Virus record (IMG/VR): IMGVR_UViG_3300027917_000018
Span: 32,001 to 96,000 of that record
From: a virus
Lineage: Duplodnaviria; Caudoviricetes
DNA: 64,000 bases
Strand: one strand, 5' to 3'
Each line of letters opens with the position of its first letter. Positions within the stretch are counted from its first letter, which is position 1. The notes under the pieces are model-generated. The model was given only the letters and a program-made list of their open reading frames with translations, was not told where the DNA came from and did no database searches. The position numbers were made by a program, and so were the translations under genes. Shown here piece after piece: positions 19,591 to 27,852 of the stretch.

Positions 19591-20711
19591 GCGACCAAGC
19601 AACAGTCCTGCGCCAGATGAGGCCGCCCTACGCGGGCAACGCCAAAATCGTTTACGGCTTTCGCCGCTCCGTTCCTAAAAACTTCGGCTATACGCTGGAG
19701 ATTCCGGTGGGTGGCAACGTCATCGCCCCGGCTGACGGCTCCGTCGAGCTTATTCAGCCGAGTTCGGTCGGATGGCGCTATACCAGTCCTGCGTTAAAGG
19801 GAGGCGCGATCCTGATTCGCATTAACCACGGCTACGGGGTCAAAACCTACATTCACGGCGTTGCCAATCCCAGCGTCGGCTACGGCCAGGTGACGCGGGG
19901 ACAGGTGCTCGGAACCTCGGCTTATGGCGAGGTCTTTTTTGCCGTCGAAGTCTTTGGTTCCATGACCAACCCGTCGCGGGTCAACAGTTTCTTCGCGCCG
20001 CGCAGCGGCAATCTTTACGCGGGTCAGTCCGCGACCATTCGGCAGGCTCCGAACGTGGGCACCTGGTTTGTCTCGGCGCTATCCCAAGTCTGGTACAACG
20101 GCCTTCGTTATTTTACCACGCCCCAACCGTTTTTCGTAAACGTGGATTTCAACGGCGGAGGTTCCAAAGCAGGGCTAGCGGCGGTGGGCTACGCGGAAAC
20201 CGATTACTGGAACGTGCTGGTGCCCTTGGCGGGGCCTTTTGGCTACGCCTCCTACACCACGGACTGCGGCCCGACAGCCTATACCTGGACGGCGGAGCCC
20301 AGCGTCCCGCTGCTGGATTACCGAGGCAAGCCCTCGAAGGTTAGCCTGCGGCGCGTTATCGAGGACAATTTCTATGGCTCCAGCGCTGAATTCGACCCGA
20401 TGCTTAGCACCTACTACGGTGGCTGGAGCGGCAGCACGCCTCGCCAGCAGTGGTACGACATTCGGGGCTTAGCGCCGGGGTCGTACGACATCTACGTTTA
20501 CGCCAATCAGAAAAGTGGCTCGTACACTTCGATCATTTCGATGGCAGTGGCTGGCAGCCTTCCCACGACAAAAGTGCCGCTCAGCACGACTCAGGCTGCT
20601 TGGATTGAGGATTACAATTACGTCAAGTTCACCAAGACCCTGGGTGTCGGCGACTACTTGACCTTTGAGGTCTTAGGCTACATAGGCGGCCTGCAAATCA
20701 CGCGTTCTTAA
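19587..20711 (+). CDS. Degenerate M23-fold domain fused to a beta-sandwich carbohydrate-binding-like domain
   Basis: IPVGGNVIAPADGSV...INHGYGVKTY...RGQVLG M23 fold lacking HxxxD/HxH; C-terminal NVDF...DYWN...GLAPGSYDIYVY...NYVKF...GLQI. Confidence 0.55.
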   Translation: MSDQATVLRQMRPPYAGNAKIVYGFRRSVPKNFGYTLEIPVGGNVIAPADGSVELIQPSSVGWRYTSPALKGGAILIRINHGYGVKTYIHGVANPSVGYGQVTRGQVLGTSAYGEVFFAVEVFGSMTNPSRVNSFFAPRSGNLYAGQSATIRQAPNVGTWFVSALSQVWYNGLRYFTTPQPFFVNVDFNGGGSKAGLAAVGYAETDYWNVLVPLAGPFGYASYTTDCGPTAYTWTAEPSVPLLDYRGKPSKVSLRRVIEDNFYGSSAEFDPMLSTYYGGWSGSTPRQQWYDIRGLAPGSYDIYVYANQKSGSYTSIISMAVAGSLPTTKVPLSTTQAAWIEDYNYVKFTKTLGVGDYLTFEVLGYIGGLQITRS

Positions 20712-20715
20712 CAGC

Positions 20716-21249
20716 GTGCGCGTGCCTTGGCCTCAATATCCACTGGTTTCTGGCTTGTTGGCGATCACCCGCCCGGATCGATTGGCTTTCGGTCGGGCCA
20801 CGCTAATGAGCTTCATGGCTCAAGACTGGCCGTGCCTGGAAGCAGTGGTATTCAACACGACCGATAGGAAGCTCAACCCGCCACGGGGCATCAGGGAAAT
20901 ACGGCTTAGAGCGATGCCACAGGCTCAGATGCTTGGCCTCTGTCGCCACAACGCCGACGGCCAGTATTGCGTGGTTCTGGAAGACGATACTTGGTACGGC
21001 CAGGGGCTCGTCACGACGCTGATGGAGCACGCGGAGCAGGACGCCTTGGTGCTCCTGCGGCGCAAGGTTCGTTATTCGGTCCAGGAGCAGCGTGGGTACT
21101 TGGTCGAGGACGACAGCATTGTGTGCCCGCTGTTTCCAAGGGTCCACCCAGCACCCTATGGTCCAAAGCTGTCGGAGATGGCCGCTCAGTTTCAGTACGT
21201 TCGGCACGCCGATGGCCCGGTTGACCTGATGGTGAAGTTCACGCGATGA
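20716..21249 (+). CDS. Glycosyltransferase family 2-like (GT-A) protein
   Basis: SFMAQDWPCLEAVVFN, GQYCVVLEDDTWY DxD-like motif; GTTCTT 6 nt upstream of the GTG. Confidence 0.6.
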   Translation: MRVPWPQYPLVSGLLAITRPDRLAFGRATLMSFMAQDWPCLEAVVFNTTDRKLNPPRGIREIRLRAMPQAQMLGLCRHNADGQYCVVLEDDTWYGQGLVTTLMEHAEQDALVLLRRKVRYSVQEQRGYLVEDDSIVCPLFPRVHPAPYGPKLSEMAAQFQYVRHADGPVDLMVKFTR

Positions 21250-22979
21250 AAGCTCTGGAAAAGGCAGTGCGCGAGTGGTCTTCGATCAAAGGCTACGCTC
21301 CTGAGCGCTTCGACCCCTTCAGCGTGGATACCGGCATCAAGGTTTACGATCGGAATAGGCCGCGCAGGTTTTACCACAGCGGCGACATCGGCGACATCAT
21401 CTATGCTTTGCCCACCATGCGGGCCTTGGGCGGAGGAGAGCTGGTCCTGGGGCCGCAAATGCGCCAGGATGTGCGGGCCACGGTTCGGGCGGCAATGACC
21501 GAGAAAATGGCCGCGATGCTCCGTCCGCTGCTGCAATTGCAGAGCTACGTCAAGTGGGTGGCCTTCGCGCCCGCAATGCCGGAAGTGGACGTTGACCTGA
21601 ACAAGTTCCGCGAGGAGCTGGTAGTCGACAGCGCCGCCTTCCGGCGCACAGGCCGTCTGCTGAATCTCGCCGAGGCACACTTGAAGCGCTTCCGGCTGGA
21701 TTTGCGCGAATGCCAAAAACCGTGGCTGGTTGTCGACCGGGCGGTGGCCATTAAAGACCGGCCCGTAATTCTGCACCGCTCGCCCCGGTGGCGGAATTCG
21801 GATTTTCCTTGGCAGGACGTGCTCGAAAAATACGGATCGCAGGCACTCTTTGTCGGACTGCGAAGCGAGTACGACGACTTCGTGTCCGACTGGGGCGCTG
21901 ACCTGCCGTTCTACCAAATCAGCGACTTTCTGGACATGGCCAGGCTGATCGCCGGGTCCGAGCTGTTCATCGGTAACCAGAGTTTTCCATACGCCCTAGC
22001 TGAGGGCATGAAGAAGACTTCGCTGCTCGAAGTATGGCCGGATGGTCCGAACTGTCTGTTTCAGAGGCCCAACGCCAACTACGGCCTGGGCAAAAACGTT
22101 TACATTCCAAACCTCAAGTTCAGTATGGTCGAAGAAAAGCTGACTGAATGCCCGATGTGCGGCACTGCCGACGCTGTCCCCGTCAGGCGGAGCGCGGACA
22201 TCGTTTCCTGCAACAGCTGCAATCTCGTTTACCTGCGAACTCGCATGAGCGCCGACAGCATGGAGGAGCACTATCAGCGGTACGCTGACGGCACATCTCA
22301 CATGCGGCTGCCTGAGCGGATCGAGGAAGTCCGCACGTCCGGCTTGCGTCGGGAGTACTTCATGCAAGAGCTTCTGGAGCACGTCAAATCCGGCGCGTTA
22401 CTGGACATCGGGAGCGGGTGGGGTGCCTGGCTGTCCAACGCCAGGGCCAAGGGCTTTTCGGTGCGCGGTGTCGAAATATGCCGTAAAATGGCCGATTTCG
22501 CCTGTTCGGTCCTCGGCGTTCCCACTATGACTCGGCAGCTTGAAGACTGCGGCTTCGCCAACGCCGACTTTGACGTGGTCACGGCGATTCACTCGCTGGA
22601 ACACCTGCCCTACCCGAAAACGGCGTGGGAGACTGTGCGCCGCATTCTTCGTCCGGGCGGTTTCTTCTGCGGCATCGTTCCCAACTTCGAGTCATTGTGC
22701 TCCAGAGCACAGAAGGAGGGATGGATGTGGCTGGACCCGAACATGCACTACGTCCACTATACCGAAAACACCCTGCGGCAGTGCTTGGAACGCTTCGGGT
22801 TCCAGCCAATTCGCATTTACACCGCGACCGGTGACTTTGATCCGGGCCAGGTCGCCAAAGTGGTCTCAGCCAGCTCACAAGTACCGATCGGCGAAGAGGA
22901 GATGAAAAGCCGCATTGAGGCAGTCTGCGCCAGCGGCGAGGGAGAGGAATTACGATGGTTTGCACAAAAGAAGAGCTGA
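21246..22979 (+). CDS. GT9-like glycosyltransferase fused to zinc-ribbon class I SAM methyltransferase
   Basis: HSGDIGDIIYALP...LFIGNQSFPYALAEG GT-B half; CPMC...CNSC then LLDIGSGWG, HSLEHL, LRPGG methyltransferase half. Confidence 0.8.
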   Translation: MKALEKAVREWSSIKGYAPERFDPFSVDTGIKVYDRNRPRRFYHSGDIGDIIYALPTMRALGGGELVLGPQMRQDVRATVRAAMTEKMAAMLRPLLQLQSYVKWVAFAPAMPEVDVDLNKFREELVVDSAAFRRTGRLLNLAEAHLKRFRLDLRECQKPWLVVDRAVAIKDRPVILHRSPRWRNSDFPWQDVLEKYGSQALFVGLRSEYDDFVSDWGADLPFYQISDFLDMARLIAGSELFIGNQSFPYALAEGMKKTSLLEVWPDGPNCLFQRPNANYGLGKNVYIPNLKFSMVEEKLTECPMCGTADAVPVRRSADIVSCNSCNLVYLRTRMSADSMEEHYQRYADGTSHMRLPERIEEVRTSGLRREYFMQELLEHVKSGALLDIGSGWGAWLSNARAKGFSVRGVEICRKMADFACSVLGVPTMTRQLEDCGFANADFDVVTAIHSLEHLPYPKTAWETVRRILRPGGFFCGIVPNFESLCSRAQKEGWMWLDPNMHYVHYTENTLRQCLERFGFQPIRIYTATGDFDPGQVAKVVSASSQVPIGEEEMKSRIEAVCASGEGEELRWFAQKKS

Positions 22980-23857
22980 AAAAGATCGCTGTGGCCATTC
23001 CGTCCTATCGGAGGCCCGAATTCCTGAAGCGATGTATCGCCGCTGTAGCCGCCATGCCGGAGGTCCAGGCAGGCGTCCCGGTCTTCCTGCTGGCTGACGG
23101 CGGCTTGGAATCGCAACGAGAGCGCTGTATGGCCGCTTTTCTGGCGGAGTACGTGCCCGACAGGACCGTGATCTGCCGCACGGATCGCCACCGGCAGCCT
23201 CGGAATATGATCCTTGGTAAGCAAGAGCTGTTTAGCAGGGGCTTTGAGTGGGTGGCGATCATCGAAGAAGATGTCGTTGTTCACCAGCATTGGCTGGCGC
23301 TCATGCTTTCGCTACATCGGTGGGCGGACGAGAACTTTGACAACTGCGGCATGGTTGGGAGCAGCATTGTGGACGACGCCAACGACCCAGCCTGGGTTTC
23401 GGATGCTGGTCAGTCCATTTGCAATCATCTGATTTCAAAGCGCGCTTGGACCCGGATATGGCCGATGCTCTGCGATTACCTGGATCGCGTGCCTGAAAGC
23501 GAGGAACGCGACGACCCGCGTGTGATTCAGGTCCAGCGTTGGTTCAATGAGCAGGCCGCCAGAATTCCCGCAGGCGGGCCGCGCAGCATTCCTCACCACT
23601 GGCGGTCGGAGCCCAAAGACTTCTACTTAGCGGAATCGGTGCCCGCCAGCCAGGATGCTGCGCACGATCTGGCCCTTCGTGTAAACGGCATGGCTAGGCT
23701 TGTTTGCGACGCCAATCGGGCCGTGCATATCGGCAGCTATGGCGAGCACACAACGCAGAACGAGAAGTACGATCAAACCTTAAAAGGCTGGCCTGAAGAT
23801 GCCGACCGAACCTCATTTGTCTTGCGGAGGAAAAGGCCCGCTCCCGCCGTGGCGTGA
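22955..23857 (+). CDS. GT-A fold glycosyltransferase (GT2/GT13-like)
   Basis: VAIPSYRRPEFL, LLADGG, IIEEDVVV, HIG motifs. Confidence 0.7.
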   Translation: MVCTKEELKKIAVAIPSYRRPEFLKRCIAAVAAMPEVQAGVPVFLLADGGLESQRERCMAAFLAEYVPDRTVICRTDRHRQPRNMILGKQELFSRGFEWVAIIEEDVVVHQHWLALMLSLHRWADENFDNCGMVGSSIVDDANDPAWVSDAGQSICNHLISKRAWTRIWPMLCDYLDRVPESEERDDPRVIQVQRWFNEQAARIPAGGPRSIPHHWRSEPKDFYLAESVPASQDAAHDLALRVNGMARLVCDANRAVHIGSYGEHTTQNEKYDQTLKGWPEDADRTSFVLRRKRPAPAVA

Positions 23858-23876
23858 CAGCCTGTGGTTCAAAGCC

Positions 23877-24440
23877 ATGATCCAGGTTTTGACGGACGGG
23901 CCGCGCCATTCGCTGGTAAACCCGAGCCGCCTGTGGATTCTGGCCGAAGCATGCTCTTTGGTTCGGGGCCTTGTCGGCTGTGCCGTTGAATTTGGTGTTT
24001 ACCGGGGAGGCTCGGCCTGGTTCCTACGAAATGTGCTGCCATCCGACGTGGTTCTCCATCTGTACGATAGTTTTCAGGGCCTGCCAAAGCCATCGCCCCA
24101 CGACGGGTTTCACGAGGGCGATTTCGGGGACACGTCCCTCGATCAGATCAACGACTTGGCGCAAAAGCCCAACGTGGTAATTCATACTGGCGTGTGGAGC
24201 GCCGACGTGGAGGTCCCTGAATCGGTTTGTTTTGCCCATCTGGACTGCGACATTTACCCAAGCGCCAAGGATGCGCTCGCCGCCCTTTGGCCGAAGATGC
24301 TGCCCGGCGGACTGATTGTCTGCGACGACTACGGTTTTCCGAATTGCCAGGGCGTTTACAAAGCTGTAAACGAATTTATCGCCAGCTACGGTGTCCGCCC
24401 CATGCGGCTTGAAACAGGCCAATGCCTGCTGTTCCGATGA
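23877..24440 (+). CDS. TylF/MycF-family sugar O-methyltransferase, copy 1
   Basis: EFGVYRGGS, LYDSFQGLP, FAHLDCDIY, LPGGLIVCDDY motifs; start likely 23877. Confidence 0.85.
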   Translation: MIQVLTDGPRHSLVNPSRLWILAEACSLVRGLVGCAVEFGVYRGGSAWFLRNVLPSDVVLHLYDSFQGLPKPSPHDGFHEGDFGDTSLDQINDLAQKPNVVIHTGVWSADVEVPESVCFAHLDCDIYPSAKDALAALWPKMLPGGLIVCDDYGFPNCQGVYKAVNEFIASYGVRPMRLETGQCLLFR

Positions 24441-25366
24441 AAAGGCAAAAGATCGATGATCGGTTTCCAAGCAAAGTGATGTACAGGACGCATCCGTGCG
24501 TTTTTGAGCGCTCAATCGCGCCCGAGCCTGGAACCGCGTGGGCGGTGCGGGGACCCAGGCGGCTGATGACTTACCGCGTAGAGCTTGAGCCCCTGAACCA
24601 GCGCAGCTCGACGTGCCTGTGTCCTCTCGACGATAACTGGACGCCCATGTACCATTTGGAGCACCACCTGGATTTCGGTCTTCCGCGCAATGAACAGCGC
24701 ATGGCCATCGAGGAGGACTGCCGGTTGTTCAATTTTTGCGGCAGGGTTTGGTTCAACATCACCAACCGCAACGATACGTTCCTGGGCGAGCTGGATTGGC
24801 AGGCCCACGACCCGAAGGTGGTCGGCTGCGGCATTCTCGCGTTTCCGTTTGAGGTCGGCAGCACGGAAAAGAACTGGATGTTCTTTGAACAGGGTGGCCT
24901 GCTCTACGGGGTCAGATGGGTTCACGCCCACGTCGTTCATCGGATTTACCCCGACTTCCAGAAAGGTCACGCGGTTAGCGAGCCTATCGTCCACGAATAC
25001 CGGCTGGACTGGCCGCATGGCCGTCCCCACGGCGGCACGTCGCCAGTTGCGATCGGCGACGAGTACCTCAGCCTTTTTCAGTCCAGCAAGCTCGCTGCGG
25101 TAAATGGCCGCAAAGACTACTACGTTGGCGTTTACGCTTTTGAGGCCAAGCCACCTTTTAGGGTTACGCGTGTGCCAAAAGAGCCTTTGATTTCTCCGCT
25201 GACCTGGCCCGAACATTCTGTCGGGTTCAATGGGCACAACACTTTCTTTCCGTTGGGCCTTGCACGAGAGAACGACACCTGGAGGGTCAGTCTTGGGGAT
25301 GACCGCGCCATGTGGCTGCTCGAATACAGCACCGATGAACTCCTCGACGCAACCAAACCTGTTTGA
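24437..25366 (+). CDS. Five-bladed beta-propeller glyco-enzyme (GH130/GT91/GT108-like)
   Basis: EDCRLF, EKNWMFF, HGGT, FPLG motifs; ATGA overlap with the upstream stop. Confidence 0.6.
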   Translation: MKRQKIDDRFPSKVMYRTHPCVFERSIAPEPGTAWAVRGPRRLMTYRVELEPLNQRSSTCLCPLDDNWTPMYHLEHHLDFGLPRNEQRMAIEEDCRLFNFCGRVWFNITNRNDTFLGELDWQAHDPKVVGCGILAFPFEVGSTEKNWMFFEQGGLLYGVRWVHAHVVHRIYPDFQKGHAVSEPIVHEYRLDWPHGRPHGGTSPVAIGDEYLSLFQSSKLAAVNGRKDYYVGVYAFEAKPPFRVTRVPKEPLISPLTWPEHSVGFNGHNTFFPLGLARENDTWRVSLGDDRAMWLLEYSTDELLDATKPV

Positions 25367-25370
25367 GCTG

Positions 25371-25958
25371 ATGGAGCAGACGATGGGAATGCTCTGCTTT
25401 CCCAGGGCCACCCATCTGGCGCATTACCTTCTTCAGACGGCCACGGTTCCAGGAGCGGTGGCTGAATTTGGCTGCCACCAGGGCCGTACGGCGGCCTTTA
25501 TGACGGCTCTGACCAAGAAGCACGTTTACGTTTACGATAGCTTTGCCGGGCTGCCGCCACCGTCGGAGCATGACAGGCCATCGGAGGTCTTCCACGAGGG
25601 CGCGATGGCTATAAGCCCGCAAGAGCTGGTAGACCTATTCAAGAGACTCGGGCTGCGCACACCGATCATTGAGCCCGGCTTCTTCAAGGACCTCCAGCCC
25701 CACCAGTTGCCCAAGGAAATCGCTTTTGCCCACTTGGACGGCGACTTCTACGAAAGCATTGCGGGGCCGCTGTACGTGGTCTGGCCGAGGCTGTCGCCCG
25801 GAGGCTACATCGTGGTCGACGATTGGGACTGGGACCAGCTACCGGGCGTCACGGACGCGGTCAAGGCGTGGTCGAAAGATATAGGGATCAAGCCGGAGGT
25901 TCAGTACGGCACGGACGGGGCAGGATGCCACCAGGCGGTGCTGCACAAACCTAGTTAG
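25371..25958 (+). CDS. TylF/MycF-family sugar O-methyltransferase, copy 2
   Basis: EFGCHQGRT, VYDSFAGLP, FAHLDGDFY, LSPGGYIVVDDW; start likely MEQTMG at 25371. Confidence 0.85.
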   Translation: MEQTMGMLCFPRATHLAHYLLQTATVPGAVAEFGCHQGRTAAFMTALTKKHVYVYDSFAGLPPPSEHDRPSEVFHEGAMAISPQELVDLFKRLGLRTPIIEPGFFKDLQPHQLPKEIAFAHLDGDFYESIAGPLYVVWPRLSPGGYIVVDDWDWDQLPGVTDAVKAWSKDIGIKPEVQYGTDGAGCHQAVLHKPS

Positions 25959-26145
25959 GGACCGGTACGGCCTTAAGCTGAACCGGTTCAGGCTCGGCGG
26001 GCTTTGATTCGGCAAGGTGCTTCATCACGTCCACGCTAACCTGAGCTGTCCGGTCCTCGACCAGCTGCTGGCCCGATTCCTCGACCGGGCGCGTTTCGGG
26101 CTCGAACTGACGGGCCAGGTCGATATGCTCATGTAGGCGACTCAT
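25951..26145 (-). CDS. Small hypothetical protein
   Basis: 64 aa, TAGTTA 6 nt upstream. Confidence 0.5.
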   Translation of the reverse strand: MSRLHEHIDLARQFEPETRPVEESGQQLVEDRTAQVSVDVMKHLAESKPAEPEPVQLKAVPVPN

Positions 26146-26159
26146 CGTTCTTAACTACG
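26146..26159. promoter_or_regulatory. 14-bp bidirectional element CGTTCTTAACTACG between head-to-head start codons
   Basis: Contains GTTCTT (plus, 7 nt before the primase ATG) overlapping GTAGTTAA (minus, 6 nt before the 26145 ATG). Confidence 0.65.
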
Positions 26160-27221
26160 ATGACTGGCGATCAGCTACGCGAAACGGTCGAGCAGCTCTT
26201 TCAGCCGGTGCCGCACCGCAGCACCGCGACGGAGCTGGCTTTCGTCTGCCCGCAGCCCGGATGCACGGATTCTTCCGGCCACCGATCCGTTAACCTGAAG
26301 ACCGGCCAGACCAACTGCTGGATTTGCGGGGTCGGCGGCGATTTTGTGCGCTGGGCACAGCGGCTTGGCTACGCGGTCACGGAGGAACACCGGGTTACCA
26401 AGCCGATGGAGGAGGCTGAGTTCGACCGCATCAGCCGGACTCCGGTCAATGACTTGCCGGTGGTCACCAATATCAAACTGCCGAAGGGTTTCAGGCTTTG
26501 CCGGGACTACCCGAACAGCGTTTACACGGAATTCATCGCCGAAATGGCCGAGCGCAAGGGACTGAAAATCGATGACCTCATGTCCGTGAGTGTGGGCTTT
26601 ACGAAGACCGATCCGTTATGGGAGCCTTACGCGATCTTCCCCAGTTTCGAGTATGACAAGGTCGTTTACTATCAAGGCCGGACCTATGTCGACGAGCCCG
26701 ACCAGAAAACCAAGAAGTTCCCCAGCCGCCGGGAAGTTCCCTACAGCGCCAAGTACTGGGTCTACGGCATTGACGAACTGCGCGCCGAGCGGCCCGAGAC
26801 CGTGCTGGTCATGGAATCCATTTTGAACGTGCTGACCATGCGGCGGTTCATGCGCCGTCACAAAATCAAAGGCGTCGGTACAGCCTGTGTTTTCAGCCAC
26901 AGCATCAGCGAGCCGCAGGCCACCAAACTCAGGCAGCTGGAATTCCTGAAGGAGGTTGTGCTTCTATTCGACCACGACGCGACTCGTCGCGGCTGGCAGA
27001 AATCGCCCAGGCTCGGCAACAAGTTCAACCTGACGATCGCGGACATGCCGCCTGGCCCCGGCGGCGAGAAGAATGACCCGAACGACGATCCAGAGGGTGC
27101 GTGGCGGGCTTTTGAAAAGCGCGAGCACGTGAATACTGTTTTGGCTGCTGGTGCCGACATGTTCGATTTCGACCGGGAACCGCTGGACGCTGATTCGTTT
27201 ACGCGCCGACGCCGTTCTTAG
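26160..27221 (+). CDS. DNA primase (zinc-binding domain + TOPRIM)
   Basis: CPQPGC...H...NCWICG zinc domain, YYQGR, VMES and FDHD TOPRIM acidic motifs. Confidence 0.85.
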   Translation: MTGDQLRETVEQLFQPVPHRSTATELAFVCPQPGCTDSSGHRSVNLKTGQTNCWICGVGGDFVRWAQRLGYAVTEEHRVTKPMEEAEFDRISRTPVNDLPVVTNIKLPKGFRLCRDYPNSVYTEFIAEMAERKGLKIDDLMSVSVGFTKTDPLWEPYAIFPSFEYDKVVYYQGRTYVDEPDQKTKKFPSRREVPYSAKYWVYGIDELRAERPETVLVMESILNVLTMRRFMRRHKIKGVGTACVFSHSISEPQATKLRQLEFLKEVVLLFDHDATRRGWQKSPRLGNKFNLTIADMPPGPGGEKNDPNDDPEGAWRAFEKREHVNTVLAAGADMFDFDREPLDADSFTRRRRS

Positions 27222-27225
27222 GGGC

Positions 27226-27849
27226 ATGAAGCAAATCAAAGCGCTGTTTGGCAACCGTCTTGCCGTTCAACTGGCCGAAGAGGAATACGAGGGGCTGATT
27301 GTGACCGCTCCGACCGCGATGCGGATGCACGTGCTGGCCAAAGTCATTGCCAAGGGGCCGGAGGTCAAAGGCATTGAGGTCGGCGACATCGTGTTTTACC
27401 AGAAGGTGATTCACCCGTTCGGGAACGCGCAAACTGACCCGTTCGGTGACGCCAAGCGCTACGACCTTAATGGAACGCCCACTTTCATCGAGATGGCCGG
27501 TGACATGATCGCCAAACTCACGGCGCAAAAGGTCAAATTGGAGCATTTTCAGGCCATCGGGGATTGGTGCCTCTGCCGTAAGAAAGTGATCGAACCGAGC
27601 AAGCTGATCGTTGTGCCCGACACCGCCGAGGCTACGAACCAGGACATCATGGTCGAGTTCCACGTGGAACAAGTTGGTGAGTCGGTAAACATGGACTTGC
27701 CGCATGGGGCGGAGCTGATTCTGGACCGGGGACGCGCCAACCCGCTACAAATCGAGCGCGAGGACTTCGTCTACGTCCACAAGAACTTCATCCTGGGCGT
27801 TCTTGGGTATCCGACGGACACAACAGAGCCTGAAGCGACCGGTAGTTAG
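27226..27849 (+). CDS. Tandem two-domain GroES/Cpn10 co-chaperonin
   Basis: Two GroES-like repeats: LFGNRLAV...GLIV...KVIAKGPEV..IEVGDIVF...DMIAKL and AIGDWCLC...LIVVPDTA...VEQVG...FILGVL; start 27226 is 6 nt after GTTCTT. Confidence 0.7.
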   Translation: MKQIKALFGNRLAVQLAEEEYEGLIVTAPTAMRMHVLAKVIAKGPEVKGIEVGDIVFYQKVIHPFGNAQTDPFGDAKRYDLNGTPTFIEMAGDMIAKLTAQKVKLEHFQAIGDWCLCRKKVIEPSKLIVVPDTAEATNQDIMVEFHVEQVGESVNMDLPHGAELILDRGRANPLQIEREDFVYVHKNFILGVLGYPTDTTEPEATGS

Positions 27850-27852
27850 GAC

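Noticed and set aside
209-20711. Bacterial extracellular contractile injection system or tailocin rather than a phage
   Set aside because: A portal, primase, helicase, nucleases and an early gene cluster indicate a replicating phage with a head
25952-25957. TAGTTA copy as a promoter
   Set aside because: Formed by overlapping stop codons of two convergent genes, with no start codon downstream
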